A DNA stretch of 64,000 nt from Cyanophyceae cyanobacterium (GCA_038321985.1 JBBQFN010000016.1:32001-96000); one strand, 5' to 3'. Shown: positions 52,201-61,988, counted from the stretch's first letter. Notes: generated from the letters alone by a model not told the origin. Translations and numbers: made by a program.

Positions 52201-52393
52201 TATGAGTGGATTCCAGCATTTCATTGAACAGGGAGAACAGCAGGGTCGTCAACCCAGCCCAGTTTTTAGTGAAACCGCTTATTTGTTACGAAATTTAGAC
52301 GTAGCCCGGGCTGTGAATCGCGGGGCTTTTTCAAGTGCGTTTGAGCACTTTGTTCTGTTTGGTTTACAGGAAGGACGGGTGGCGACTCCATGA
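49214..52393 (+). CDS. large surface protein with SBBP beta-propeller repeats, Pro-rich linker and FDExxYLxxNPDVA repeats
   Basis: FIPNAGQ...YRELYDGIDL...LIIDP N-domain, about seven YSTYLGG..D.G.AIAVD..GN.YV.G.T.S.DFP repeats, and one N-terminal plus about five C-terminal YLxxNPDVAxAVxxG...HFxxxGxxEGR repeats. Confidence 0.85.
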   Translation: MQNNMDVEGLEIELRSGLDPSSLVDASGVWPLSNQAAGTGFDPEFYLKAYPDVAEAVRTGGFESGWEHWLLYGQQEGRLSLPEALSPEDSPLDPLIGEVAPNLGQLPLSFIPNAGQFDPEVNFSVRGASHGIFFTPEEVVLTAAAQPDPESDELLSSVVRLDFVGANANPVIEGIEPLPGQANFISGSDGSSWSGNVPTYQGIAYRELYDGIDLVYRGTEGVLKREFVVDPGVDPGQIRLDYSGIEAVALREGALVLETSLGELIEAAPIIYQEIEGDRISVSGGYELLGSGQVGFDLGPYDPNYALIIDPTLQYSSYLGGTLQDQGDAIALDAQGNIYVAGRTISTDFPTRIPLQATISNPGSFKFDAFVTKISPDGTSAFYSTYLGGLENDRALDVAVDSRGSVFVVGETASDNFPVTIASAQRAFNGEVDGFILKLTPNGGFVESGTYFGGSGFDSVNSITLDSGGNYYVTGQTFSPNFPMVNAVQNTIGGNGSDVFVAKFNPVGGLLYSTFLGGFGNEVGRAIAVDANLNMYITGQTNTDNFPLAAEFQRRYRGGGDAFVTKISSDGSQLIYSTYLGGRDSDIGNAIAVDAAGHVYIAGSTGVPRQAQLGAVIPLGDFPTLNPIQAQLNGLSSAFVSKVAPDGKSLIYSTFLGGSGFEEGNDMAIDNRGNVYLTGQTTSSDLPTVTPIQPGFGGNGDAFVGKILADGTTIDYLTYLGGSGFESGNAIAVNPAGTAFVTGQSASANFSTVNPLPNSAGGVQGDAFVVAVAQPISPTQPVVAPVGTPLPDGPGALPGPGGAEPLPPPAGPTEPPAPPPPPPRFENFIQSLTERGLNPLSLYFNEGGYLAQNPAVAEAVATGELTSGLQHYLLFGRAEGRPAATQFFDEGQYLARNSDVAVAVGTGQVASGFEHFVQTGFFEGRDRNVKLFLESFYLRQNPDVADAVASGIFSSGYSHYLQSGQFERRNPNPVFDETFYLGQNPDVAAIVAAGGFMSGFQHFIEQGEQQGRQPSPVFSETAYLLRNLDVARAVNRGAFSSAFEHFVLFGLQEGRVATP

Positions 52394-52611
52394 TCGGATC
52401 TAACCCACAGACACAGCAGATCTAACCGAATTCCCTGTGTCTTGGGCTGGGTTGAGGGGTTTTGTTCCCCGCAGTGAAATGGGGGGAAACAGTGCGGTTT
52501 TCCCTCCTTGTCTTCACTGCTAAGGATTTGTACGTTATTCTGAATAAGAATACTTCAATATCCTCGGATTGACTACGAAAATTTACGATTGCTTAATTAA
52601 AGGAGAGCGCC

Positions 52612-52893
52612 GTGTCAGTAGAAACCATTGAAAAGACTTCAACGGTTCGGAAAATAGCACCGCGTTATCGAGTTTTGCTGCATAATGATGACTTTAACTC
52701 GATGGAACACGTGGTGCAAACGTTAATGCAGACCGTGCCGAGTTTAACTCAGCCTCAAGCGGTTAGCATTATGATGGAAGCCCATAGCAATGGGATCGCC
52801 TTGGTGATTACCTGTGCCCTTGAACACGCCGAGTTTTACTGTGAAACTCTCAAAAATCACGGGTTGACCAGTACCATCGAACCGGACGAATAG
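52612..52893 (+). CDS. clpS: ATP-dependent Clp protease adaptor
   Basis: YRVLLHNDDFNSMEHVV and IMMEAH..G.A; AAGGAG RBS with a GTG start. Confidence 0.96.
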   Translation: MSVETIEKTSTVRKIAPRYRVLLHNDDFNSMEHVVQTLMQTVPSLTQPQAVSIMMEAHSNGIALVITCALEHAEFYCETLKNHGLTSTIEPDE

Positions 52894-52907
52894 GGAAAAG
52901 GTAAAGC

Positions 52908-53750
52908 GTGAAATTGAACTGGGTCCGCTTCGGTCACTATCCGGCACCGGGCAGGTTAGCTATTTTTGTGGCGATGCTGCTTGGGGTTTGGGTGCCGGTA
53001 GCGGTGCCGATTTATTGGCTTGTCCAGGAGTCCAACTGGGTAAGCATTTTGTCAATGGCAATCTTATATGGAGAGTTTATTCTCCTGGTGCGGTTTTGGG
53101 GGTCGCGGGTCTACGGAGAACCCCAAATTCTTAACCGCTATGGGTTAGAGTTCTCGGGACACAACGGCCAAGACCTCATTGTAGGTCTTGGCTTTGGTTT
53201 GCTGAGTTTGTTGGGGTTACTGGCTATTGAGGGTCTATTGGGATGGTTGGGATGGCAAATACCGGACCTGGCGGGGTTGTCCAAGGTGATTTTAGAAGGC
53301 GTGGCGATCGCCCTGGGGGTAGGGTTCGCCGAAGAGTTGCTGTTTCGGGGTTGGTTGCTGGATGAGTTACATCGAGATTACCGTCCTGGGGTGGCGATCG
53401 CCGTAAATGGGACAATTTTTGCCCTGCTGCATTTTATTAAACCGATTGAGGCGATGATTCGGAATTTACCAGCGTTTCCGGGTTTGTTATTACTGGGGTT
53501 AACGTTGGTGTCCGCGAAAAAAGCGGGTCAAGGTCGCTTGGGTTTACCCATAGGCTTTCATGGCGGGTTGGTTTGTGGATATTATATTATTAATACTGGG
53601 CAGTTAGTCCAGTATTCGGGCGCGGTCCCCGAGTGGGTAACGGGAATGGATCATAACCCCATCGCCGGAATTTCAGGGTTATTTTTGTTAAGTGCGATCG
53701 CGCTTTCCCTGTATCGTGTCTCGGAGATCAGGGTAAAAAGTGAGAAGTAA
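52908..53750 (+). CDS. CPBP (CAAX/Abi) family intramembrane metalloprotease
   Basis: EELLFRG, FALLH and GFHGG motifs with multiple TMs. Confidence 0.92.
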   Translation: MKLNWVRFGHYPAPGRLAIFVAMLLGVWVPVAVPIYWLVQESNWVSILSMAILYGEFILLVRFWGSRVYGEPQILNRYGLEFSGHNGQDLIVGLGFGLLSLLGLLAIEGLLGWLGWQIPDLAGLSKVILEGVAIALGVGFAEELLFRGWLLDELHRDYRPGVAIAVNGTIFALLHFIKPIEAMIRNLPAFPGLLLLGLTLVSAKKAGQGRLGLPIGFHGGLVCGYYIINTGQLVQYSGAVPEWVTGMDHNPIAGISGLFLLSAIALSLYRVSEIRVKSEK

Positions 53751-53817
53751 ATCAGCGGGTTGTCAACAGTCAGAATAGATCTAGAATTCTCAGATTTTTT
53801 GAAGTTGGAAGGGAATA

Positions 53818-54150
53818 ATGATGCAACCAATTCGATTAGTAACCACTACATTTGTGGCGATCGCAATCTTTGCTGTTCCCGGGCGATCGCAACAATCGCC
53901 GCCCCCCTCGCCGCAGGTATCCCGAGAGGAAATTGTTGAAGCCTGTGTGCAAGACCGGGTAGAAGTATTACCTCCTCTTTTTAGTGATGTACCGCCGGAT
54001 CATTGGGCCTTTTTATCGGTTCAAAAAATTTCTTATTGCGGCCCCTTTCGGTCAGCAACCCCTCCGAATTTAATCGAACGTTTGATTCGGGAAGATGGCT
54101 TATTGCCGAACCCAATGAGAGGAACAAATAGTCCTGAACCGGCACTTTGA
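53818..54150 (+). CDS. small secreted protein with SLH-like motif
   Basis: Signal peptide, FSDVPPDHWAFLSVQ and two Cys. Confidence 0.65.
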   Translation: MMQPIRLVTTTFVAIAIFAVPGRSQQSPPPSPQVSREEIVEACVQDRVEVLPPLFSDVPPDHWAFLSVQKISYCGPFRSATPPNLIERLIREDGLLPNPMRGTNSPEPAL

Positions 54151-54271
54151 AATAAGAAGGGGCAACGACTCGGAAGGTTAAAGCTGATAGAAGTTCGGCG
54201 GGTCCGATTGGAGAGGTTCCCAAAAATGATATAATGGGAACTGTGATTGCACTGATTTGGGAACCCTCTCC

Positions 54272-55444
54272 ATGCGACTAATCCACACCGCAGATTGGCA
54301 TCTGGGACGACGCTTAAAAGGGATAGACCGGACCCGAGAAATTGCTGGAGTGTTACAGCAAATTCTGGCTTACGCAATTGAAAAGGAGGTGGATGCAGTC
54401 CTGATTGCCGGGGATATTTTTGATGTTCCTAACCCCCCCGCTTACGCAGAACGGGTGGCTTATGAGTTTTTTTGTGGATTACAAGCCGCCGGGATTCCCG
54501 CCGTGGCGATCGCAGGTAATCATGACTCTGCTACTCGCATAGATGGACTCGCTACGTTGCTATCTTTGGCAGGAATTCGGGCGTTAGGAAAACCCCGCCG
54601 GGGTGATGATGGCGGGGTAATTACGTTAGAGACAAAAAGCGGTAAGTTGTGTGTGGGAGCATTGCCGTTTGCTTCCGAAAGGCGGATGTTAGATGCTCAG
54701 GCCCTCTGGAATCAAGATGAAGTAGAACAACGCCAAAGCTACCGGGAAATTGTAGCCGATTTGTTTGCGGATTTAACCCAAGGATTTCGGGACGATCGCG
54801 TGAATATTCTCATGGGTCATTTGGCGATCGATGGGGCGAGATTGGCTCACTCGGAGGTAGCATATTACACCCGAGATACTTATGCGTTGGGGGAGCAAAT
54901 TTTACCGCCAGAAGCTCAATATATTGCCCTAGGACATATTCATGTCCATCAACAAATTCGAGCGAGTTCACCGACTTATTATTCGGGTTCTTTAATTCAA
55001 ATTGATTTTGGAGAAGCAGAACAAGAAAAAGGATTTTGTTTAATTACTGTGGAACCGGGCAGTCCGGCAGAAGTAGAATTTATTCCGGTTGCCTGCCAGA
55101 AGCCGTTAAAGGTAATTTGGTGTCAGGGCGATACTTTGAATGACACCTTGGAATCCTATCAATATTATCCAGGCTTTTTAAAAGTGATGGTCAACTTAGA
55201 TAGTCCTCAGTTAGGATTGGCCGATCGCGTCCGCCAAATCTGTCCCCATGCGTTACAAATTCAACCGATTTATCCCGAGGCAACGGCTACTTCCGGGCAA
55301 CGAATTCGCGATCGCAATTCTTTCGACCCCGTAGAAGAATTTCGCCATTATTACTTAGAACGGCTGGAAACTACCCCTGACCCGGTGGTGGTGCAGGAAT
55401 TTCAGAATTTATATCATAAATTAAAAGAAAAAAATCCGGTGTAA
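54272..55444 (+). CDS. sbcD: SbcCD nuclease subunit D (Mre11-like)
   Basis: HTADWHLG, AGDIFD, AGNHD, ALGHIH and YSGS..Q.DFGE. Confidence 0.95.
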   Translation: MRLIHTADWHLGRRLKGIDRTREIAGVLQQILAYAIEKEVDAVLIAGDIFDVPNPPAYAERVAYEFFCGLQAAGIPAVAIAGNHDSATRIDGLATLLSLAGIRALGKPRRGDDGGVITLETKSGKLCVGALPFASERRMLDAQALWNQDEVEQRQSYREIVADLFADLTQGFRDDRVNILMGHLAIDGARLAHSEVAYYTRDTYALGEQILPPEAQYIALGHIHVHQQIRASSPTYYSGSLIQIDFGEAEQEKGFCLITVEPGSPAEVEFIPVACQKPLKVIWCQGDTLNDTLESYQYYPGFLKVMVNLDSPQLGLADRVRQICPHALQIQPIYPEATATSGQRIRDRNSFDPVEEFRHYYLERLETTPDPVVVQEFQNLYHKLKEKNPV

Positions 55445-55445
55445 A

Positions 55446-55502
55446 AGTGGGAGCCTCTCGTTCCCTAATCATACAATACCAAGGGAGCAAGACGCTCCCA
55501 CT
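55446..55502. repeat. inverted pair of REP-like palindromes between sbcD and sbcC
   Basis: AGTGGGAGCCTCTCGTTCCCT...AGGGAGCAAGACGCTCCCACT. Confidence 0.6.
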
Positions 55503-55605
55503 CCCCAGATTATTCTCAAATTTTGAGTGAGGCTGGCCCGATTACCGATTGTTAAAACAAACTTCTCTAAATTGTCCATTTATCAAATAAAATCACCCTA
55601 TTTCT

Positions 55606-58600
55606 ATGCGACCCCTTGAACTGTCTCTGGAAGGATTTACGAGTTTTCGTCGGGAACAAACCCTGGATTTTTCTGAACTGGATTTGTTTGCAATTACCGG
55701 GGCAACTGGGGCGGGAAAATCTTCGTTACTTGATGCCATGACTTATGCCCTTTATGGCACGACATCCCGCACCTCTCAAGCTGGAGAATTAGTGAGTCAA
55801 GGGGCGAGTACGTTAAAAGTACAATTGCGATTTTCCGTGAGTTTAGGGGAATATAGAGTTACCCGAACTTGGCGTTATCGTCCCAGTACCCCAGTTACGC
55901 AAGTCTTATTGGAGAAAACCCTAGCCGATGGCAGTTGGGAAACCCTGGAAACGAAGGAACGGGAAGCAAAAAAGGCGATTACTGAAATTCTGGGGATGGA
56001 TTTCGATACGTTTACTCGGGTAATTTTGTTACCTCAAGGGCAATTTGACGAGTTTTTAAAGGGAAATACGGGCAAGCGTCGGGAAATTTTACGACAACTG
56101 GCAGGGTTTGAAATTTTTGAGCGGATGCGGAAGGAAACGAATGATTTAGCACGATTATTGAAGCAGGAATTGGCGACAATTGAGCGTCAAATTGCGGATT
56201 TAGAAGTACCGGATGCGATCGCCATTCAAAAAGAGCAGTCGCAATTAGCCACCTTAGAAAAAGAGATTCCGGTCCTGAATCAAGGCGTGTTAAATGCCCA
56301 AACCTTGTTAGAGGCGGAAGAACGGCTATTTGAGCAACTGGAACGCCTCACAAAGTTTCAAAGCCAATTTGACCAACTCAACCGGCGACAGCCCGAAATC
56401 ACTGCCCTGAGTGAACGATTGGCGCGGTCCCAAGTCGCCGATCGCCTGCAAGGAGAGTGGGCATTGGTTCAGGAAGCTCGCACTCAAGATAAATTAGCGG
56501 CAAGTCATGCCCAAAAAGCAGGCGATCGCTTAACCGAAGCGGAAACCCAATTACAGGGAGAACGGCAAAAATTACAAGAAGTGAGAGCAGAATCTGCCGC
56601 CCTTGCCCCGCAAATTGCCGCCCGAGAGGAAGCCTTAGCCCAAGCAAAGGCGTATGAGGAACAGCGGCAGCAGTTGGAACGGGAGGTGGCGATCGCCTCG
56701 ACTCAAGCCCAGCAAAAGCAGCAACAGCAACAAGCCGCAAGCCAGGAACTCGCCCAAGCGGAAGCCAAAGTCAAAGCCGCAACGGTGCAGCTTTCCCTCA
56801 CAACTGATACCTTACAACAGCACAAACCGGGAGGGGATCGTTTAGAACGCCTCACTACTGTCGCCCCGTTATTAGTGGAATGGACCCTAGGGGAAAAGCA
56901 ACGGAAACAGCAAGCGCAATCCCTGGATAAAGTGAGTCGGGACCGGAATAATAGCGATCGCACGTATCAATCCGCCCTCACCCACTTACAAGAGGCGCAA
57001 GGGGCGATTTCGCAAATTACCCAGGAGATTGCTGGGGGGGAAACCGCCAACGCGGAAGCCACGAAGTCTAACCATGCAGCCGCCTTACGCTTATCCCTGG
57101 AGGCGGGTGAGACTTGCCCGGTTTGTGGCGGTATCCATCCCGACTCCGAAGCCGAATTACCCGCTTTACCCGCGATCGCCTGGGTGGATCTCACTGCCTT
57201 ACAAACCCAGGCAGCGGCGGCGACTCAAGGGCTGCAAACCGCCCAACTCAATGCCACAAAAGCCGAAGCTGCCCGAGAAAATTTCAAGCAGAAACAAGCA
57301 GAGACTCAGGAACAACTCGCCGTCATCACTCAGCAACAGCAGCAATTAAAACAGCAGATTACGGACGTCTTACAAAAGAGTGAGGCAGAGGAACTGGATG
57401 CAGTCGCCCTCCAGCAGGAACGGGAAGCCCTCCAAAGAAGCGATCGGGCGTACCGAGAAGCTGCCGAAGCCTACCAACTGGCGATTACCCGCTTGGAAAC
57501 CGCCCAACAGGGCCGAGATTTTAGCAGTCGCACCTATCAAACCACCGTCACCGACGCCCAAGCAGCTACCCAAGAGCTCACCCGACGGCAGCAAAATCTC
57601 CAAGACGTGCGAGAAAAACTGGAAGCCATGACGGAGGGGTTATCCTATCAAGTCCTCGCCCAAACCTTAGCCCAACAAAAACAAACCCTCAGCAGCCGCA
57701 TTTCTGCTGCCGAAACATCCTATCAATCTGCCGAAAATCGGGTCATTCAAGCCCGAGAAACTGCCCACCAGACCCAGGTTACTGCCGATGCTACCCGGGT
57801 CAAACAACAGCAGTTAAATACCCGTTGGCAGACGAAATTACAAGGGGTTGATTTAACCGAAGCCACCTTTCTCAGCGCCCTTGCTTCCCCTGAGGAACAG
57901 GGGAAATGGCAACAGGCAATCACCCATCATCGAGAAAGTAGCATTGAACTCTCCACTCGCATTGCTGACTTACAAGAAGCGATCGGCGATCGCACTACCG
58001 ATGCCCGCCAGTTACAACAGCGACAACAAGTCAAACAAATGGCTGAAGATCAGTTAAAAGAAGCCCAAGATAAACGAGTGCAATTATCCACCTGGATTCA
58101 ATCCGCCGAACAGAAACAAGCGCAGTCTGAAAAACTCCTCACTGAACAAGAAACCGTCAGCAAAAACTACGATATTTATCATATTTTAGCTCAAAATCTC
58201 AAAACAAATGAATTTCAATCCTACATCTTAGAACATTTAGAAGCGGAATTAGTCGCCCGGACTACTTTACTGTTAAAAGAACTGACGGAATCTCGTTATG
58301 CCCTACAAATGCAAGAGGGAGAATATTGGGTTGAAGATAACTGGAATGGCGGCGAACTGCGGCGAGTCCGAACCCTATCCGGAGGAGAAACCTTTGCCAC
58401 TTCCCTTTCAATGGCGATCGCTCTTTCGGAAAAACTTTCCATGGGGGCAGAGTTGGGCAGTTTATTCCTAGATGAAGGGTTTGGAACCTTAGACTCAGAA
58501 ACCCTAGAAAGTGTCACCCAAATCCTAGAATCCCTCCGTCAACAAAACCGCACCATTGGCGTGATTACTCATGTCAAATCATTAGGAGAACGACTGCCCA

Positions 58601-58659
58601 CCCAAGTTAAAGTTTTTAAGTCTCCTCAAGGTTCTCGCCTAGAGGTGGAGGTTTTGTAA
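55606..58659 (+). CDS. sbcC: SbcCD ATPase subunit C (Rad50-like)
   Basis: Walker A GATGAGKSS, Q-loop LPQGQF, CPVC zinc hook, LSGGE and FLDEGFGTLD. Confidence 0.95.
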   Translation: MRPLELSLEGFTSFRREQTLDFSELDLFAITGATGAGKSSLLDAMTYALYGTTSRTSQAGELVSQGASTLKVQLRFSVSLGEYRVTRTWRYRPSTPVTQVLLEKTLADGSWETLETKEREAKKAITEILGMDFDTFTRVILLPQGQFDEFLKGNTGKRREILRQLAGFEIFERMRKETNDLARLLKQELATIERQIADLEVPDAIAIQKEQSQLATLEKEIPVLNQGVLNAQTLLEAEERLFEQLERLTKFQSQFDQLNRRQPEITALSERLARSQVADRLQGEWALVQEARTQDKLAASHAQKAGDRLTEAETQLQGERQKLQEVRAESAALAPQIAAREEALAQAKAYEEQRQQLEREVAIASTQAQQKQQQQQAASQELAQAEAKVKAATVQLSLTTDTLQQHKPGGDRLERLTTVAPLLVEWTLGEKQRKQQAQSLDKVSRDRNNSDRTYQSALTHLQEAQGAISQITQEIAGGETANAEATKSNHAAALRLSLEAGETCPVCGGIHPDSEAELPALPAIAWVDLTALQTQAAAATQGLQTAQLNATKAEAARENFKQKQAETQEQLAVITQQQQQLKQQITDVLQKSEAEELDAVALQQEREALQRSDRAYREAAEAYQLAITRLETAQQGRDFSSRTYQTTVTDAQAATQELTRRQQNLQDVREKLEAMTEGLSYQVLAQTLAQQKQTLSSRISAAETSYQSAENRVIQARETAHQTQVTADATRVKQQQLNTRWQTKLQGVDLTEATFLSALASPEEQGKWQQAITHHRESSIELSTRIADLQEAIGDRTTDARQLQQRQQVKQMAEDQLKEAQDKRVQLSTWIQSAEQKQAQSEKLLTEQETVSKNYDIYHILAQNLKTNEFQSYILEHLEAELVARTTLLLKELTESRYALQMQEGEYWVEDNWNGGELRRVRTLSGGETFATSLSMAIALSEKLSMGAELGSLFLDEGFGTLDSETLESVTQILESLRQQNRTIGVITHVKSLGERLPTQVKVFKSPQGSRLEVEVL

Positions 58660-58680
58660 TTCAAATATAGGACCAACCTG

Positions 58681-58860
58681 GAAACGACAGCAAGTCGGTA
58701 CTACAAACCCAGAAAAATTCAACCTTACTTGTTCGTAGTCAGGAGAAATCCGGAAACGACTAAAGTCGTTACTACAAACTAAGAAAAATCCGTTCTTAAG
58801 TTCGTAGTAACGACTTTAGTCGTTATCCTCTTTTGTTCAACGTCATGACTTCAGTTGCTT
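58681..58860. repeat. second REP/REPIN-like cluster of the GTAGTAACGACT family
   Basis: AACGACTAAAGTCGTTACTAC (inverted) and GTAGTAACGACTTTAGTCGTT plus degenerate copies, between convergent genes. Confidence 0.85.
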
Positions 58861-58902
58861 TCGGGCTCTCTAAAATCCATTCATTTAAATTGATTAAAAA
58901 AC

Positions 58903-59874
58903 TTAAAGGGCAGTCCCAGAAATTGCCCTAACATCCACATTACCCCCAGAAATAATCACACCAACCCGGCGATCGCCCCGGGAAACAAGTCCTTCCAGTA
59001 CCGCTGCCGCTGCTAATGCACCTGTTGGTTCGACTACGATTTTCATCCGTTCCCAGAGGAAAAACATTGTCCGCAAAATAGCGGATTCTGAGACGGTTAC
59101 CAAGTCATCCACATAATGCAAAACTAAGGGAAAGGTTAACTCGCCCAGAGAAGGAGTTCGAGCACCATCGGCAATGGTATCGGGGTTATGAACTCGATGC
59201 AATTGTTTACTGTGGAACGATCGCGCCGCATCATCGGCATTGGCAGGTTCAACCCCGACTACCCGACATCCCGGGGATAAAGTTTTGGCAGCGATCGCAC
59301 AACCGGAGAGTAATCCACCCCCGCCACAGCATACCCACAACTCATCTAATTCTCCCACTTCTTCAATCAACTCTTTCGCCGTTGTTCCTTGTCCCGCAAT
59401 CACTTCAGCGCGATCGTAGGGGGGAATCAACGTTAGGGCGCGATCGCGGGAAAGGGTTGCTGCTAATTCTTCTCGGGAAATTTGCTGCGTGTCATACAAA
59501 ATCACCTCCGCCCCATATCCCCGAGTTGCCTTTTGCTTGACTTCTGGCGCATCTTCGGGCATAATTATAGTCGCTGAAACCCCTAATAATTGTGCCGCTA
59601 ATGCGATCGCCTGGGCATGATTTCCCGAGGAATAAGCAAGTACCCCTTGCTGCTTTTGGTGCGGGGATAATTGGACTAACGCATTGTAGGCCCCCCGGAA
59701 TTTAAACGACCCGGTACGCTGAAAGTTTTCGCACTTAAATAATACTGTGTTGTGGGTAATTTTATTCACGGTTTGAGAGGTCATCACGGGGGTTTTATGG
59801 GCGATACCCCGCAAGTGTTGGGCGGCGGTTTCAATATCCCTATAATTAACCGCCAAATTTGATAAATTACTCAT
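58903..59874 (-). CDS. PLP-dependent serine/threonine dehydratase family (threo-3-hydroxyaspartate ammonia-lyase-like)
   Basis: KCENFQRTGSFKFRGA, SSGNHAQ, GGGGLLSG and SGGNVD; no regulatory domain. Confidence 0.9.
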   Translation of the reverse strand: MSNLSNLAVNYRDIETAAQHLRGIAHKTPVMTSQTVNKITHNTVLFKCENFQRTGSFKFRGAYNALVQLSPHQKQQGVLAYSSGNHAQAIALAAQLLGVSATIIMPEDAPEVKQKATRGYGAEVILYDTQQISREELAATLSRDRALTLIPPYDRAEVIAGQGTTAKELIEEVGELDELWVCCGGGGLLSGCAIAAKTLSPGCRVVGVEPANADDAARSFHSKQLHRVHNPDTIADGARTPSLGELTFPLVLHYVDDLVTVSESAILRTMFFLWERMKIVVEPTGALAAAAVLEGLVSRGDRRVGVIISGGNVDVRAISGTAL

Positions 59875-59881
59875 TTTTATC

Positions 59882-60328
59882 TTAATTGGATTTAATCAAG
59901 GCTTGTTGATATTTATCAAAAACTTCCACAAATTCTTTAGGAATCCCTTTGGGGCGCATGGTAAGGGCATCAACCCAAACCCAAAGCACTTCCGCCGTTA
60001 CAACTAAATCCGATTCTCCTTTTTTGCGAATTTCATAATGACGAGTAACCCGGGTACCGCGCAAGTTTTCTAACCAAGTGGTAATCGCTAAAATATCCCC
60101 AGCTACCGCTGGACGTAAATAATCGATGGTGACTCGCCGCATAATAAAATAACCACCTAATTCTCGATAGCGGTTTAGAGAAAAACCCAGGTATTCTGAG
60201 TGTTGAATTCCCACCTCTTCTAAATAATGTTGGTAGTTGGCATTGTTAACATGACCCAGGGAGTCCATTTCATAATGACGCACGCGAATATCTGTAACGA
60301 ATTTCTCCATAGCGATCGCCGGTTTCAA
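59882..60328 (-). CDS. acyl-CoA thioesterase (YbgC/FadM hotdog family)
   Basis: VRHYEMDSLGHVNNANY and IDYLRPA..GD. Start may be the ATG at 60310. Confidence 0.9.
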   Translation of the reverse strand: MKPAIAMEKFVTDIRVRHYEMDSLGHVNNANYQHYLEEVGIQHSEYLGFSLNRYRELGGYFIMRRVTIDYLRPAVAGDILAITTWLENLRGTRVTRHYEIRKKGESDLVVTAEVLWVWVDALTMRPKGIPKEFVEVFDKYQQALIKSN

Positions 60329-61458
60329 TAAGTGAATTTATCTTGATTGTAAACAAATTTGCTCCCGCTTCCGGGCGATCGCACTAATTGCGCCAGAGTT
60401 GCCTCCATCACCGCTGAAGTTTGCCCCGATACGCCAAAAACAAGGGCCTCCCGATACACCCGTCCAGGGTGAGATCCCCCCAGATTAGCTGCACCACTAG
60501 AGACGGTAATGGCTGCTTGAGTACAACGATAGGCTAAATTAATAGCCTGAGCTCGCAAGGGTAACGCCTGGGGATACCAAGTATCGAGTTCCCACCCGGA
60601 TTGTAGGGACATCAACTGCCGAATTTCTTGTCGGCAGGTATTCAGTTCTTGATCGAGGGCCTCAAAAGTTGTGCGGATAAAGGAAAGTGACTTTTTCTCG
60701 GCGATCGCCTCAATAATATCTAATCCGGCGCGGGCGCATCCTAATATTAAACAACTACTATTAAGAACATTTTGGCGATCGCTTTTATGAATCCAACCTG
60801 GGGGTTGAATAAATAATACTCTGTCCTTGGATAAAACCCACTGTTCCAGGATGCCGCTAACGGTTCGAGTCGATTGCATTGCTTCTAATAACATCGGGGC
60901 ATTCCAGGTGATTTTACCGCCATTGTCTTGGATATTCACAAAGGGAATTATCCCATAAATTGCCCCTCCATCGGGCAGTTCTGCCCCAATAACTAACTCA
61001 GAAAAAAGTCCAAAGCCGGTTACCCAAGGCAGGGTTCCGCAAAGGCAAAATCCCCCTTCAATGGGTAATGCTTTTACCAGGGGACTGCCGGCGCGTCGCA
61101 AGTGAGAAAATCCAATCCCTAACAGGCGATTGCCCGTGGCTAGATTGGGAAGATATTCCGCTTTCAAGGCTTCGTTTTGACTGCGGGCGATCGCACTTCC
61201 GGCACTTTGATGCTGGGTTTGTAAAAAGGCTAAAGCACCCGAGTATCGGGCGACTGCTTCCTGAATTTCCCAAGCGATTTCCGGATCTTGACCTCCCCAG
61301 GGTCCCGGCAGTTTTAGCCCCAATAAATGGCGACTGCCTAATCCTTTTAGGGCAGCTTCTAGGACGTCTGTATCCTGATCGAGTGCAGTTGCGTTGGGCG
61401 CTACAAAGTCTCGTAAATAAGACTCTGCCACCTTTAGTAAGGAGTTTTTACAATTCAT
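60325..61458 (-). CDS. acyl-CoA dehydrogenase family protein
   Basis: VAPNA..LD, LLGL..P..WGG, AFLQTQHQSA, G.LPWVTG and HPGRVYREALVF. Confidence 0.85.
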   Translation of the reverse strand: MNCKNSLLKVAESYLRDFVAPNATALDQDTDVLEAALKGLGSRHLLGLKLPGPWGGQDPEIAWEIQEAVARYSGALAFLQTQHQSAGSAIARSQNEALKAEYLPNLATGNRLLGIGFSHLRRAGSPLVKALPIEGGFCLCGTLPWVTGFGLFSELVIGAELPDGGAIYGIIPFVNIQDNGGKITWNAPMLLEAMQSTRTVSGILEQWVLSKDRVLFIQPPGWIHKSDRQNVLNSSCLILGCARAGLDIIEAIAEKKSLSFIRTTFEALDQELNTCRQEIRQLMSLQSGWELDTWYPQALPLRAQAINLAYRCTQAAITVSSGAANLGGSHPGRVYREALVFGVSGQTSAVMEATLAQLVRSPGSGSKFVYNQDKFTY

Positions 61459-61607
61459 TCCCTTGGATTTTAAAAATAAAACTGCGTCTGTTAGTTTGTT
61501 TAATTGTACGATAGGATTATCCCCACATTTAATTGCATTCGGCTTCGACAGGTTTCGAGTTCTTTCGATAAAATAGAAAGGAAGAGAACTTTAGGGAGTT
61601 TCCACGG

Positions 61608-61988
61608 ATGTACAGCTCTTTACGTCGAATTTTCCTTATATTTGGATTGAGCCTATTGCTCATCTTCGGGTCGTCCTCAGCTCAAGGTGCCGATGCTGAT
61701 TCCTCCCGAATTTCTCGCTTAGAAGCGGAAATTTTCAGCTTGCGATCGCAAATTAATCAGTTACAATCCGAGGTAGCTAGACTGGGTAGGCTGCCCCCTT
61801 CTTCCCCAGTTATTTCCCCTCCCCAACCACAAGATCTCCCACCCTTGACACCCACTCCCAGACAACCGGAAGATCCCTCCCTCGTCCAACAATTTGACAA
61901 CCTCGCTATCTTGGCGATCGAACTCAAAGAACGCATCCAAACTGTAGAGGAGAGACTTGCCGAAATAGAAGTCCGTTTCAGTCCTTAA
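61608..61988 (+). CDS. hypothetical secreted coiled-coil protein
   Basis: Signal peptide and two coiled-coil segments flanking a Pro-rich linker. Confidence 0.7.
   Translation: MYSSLRRIFLIFGLSLLLIFGSSSAQGADADSSRISRLEAEIFSLRSQINQLQSEVARLGRLPPSSPVISPPQPQDLPPLTPTPRQPEDPSLVQQFDNLAILAIELKERIQTVEERLAEIEVRFSP

Noticed and set aside
52908..53750. Abi/CAAX protease as a phage abortive-infection gene
   Set aside because: CPBP proteases are not established Abi defence proteins, and this one sits in a housekeeping context after clpS.
56600..58100. Gln-rich tracts in SbcC as prion-like regions
   Set aside because: They belong to the Rad50-type coiled coil and lack the Gly/Asn beta-arch pattern.
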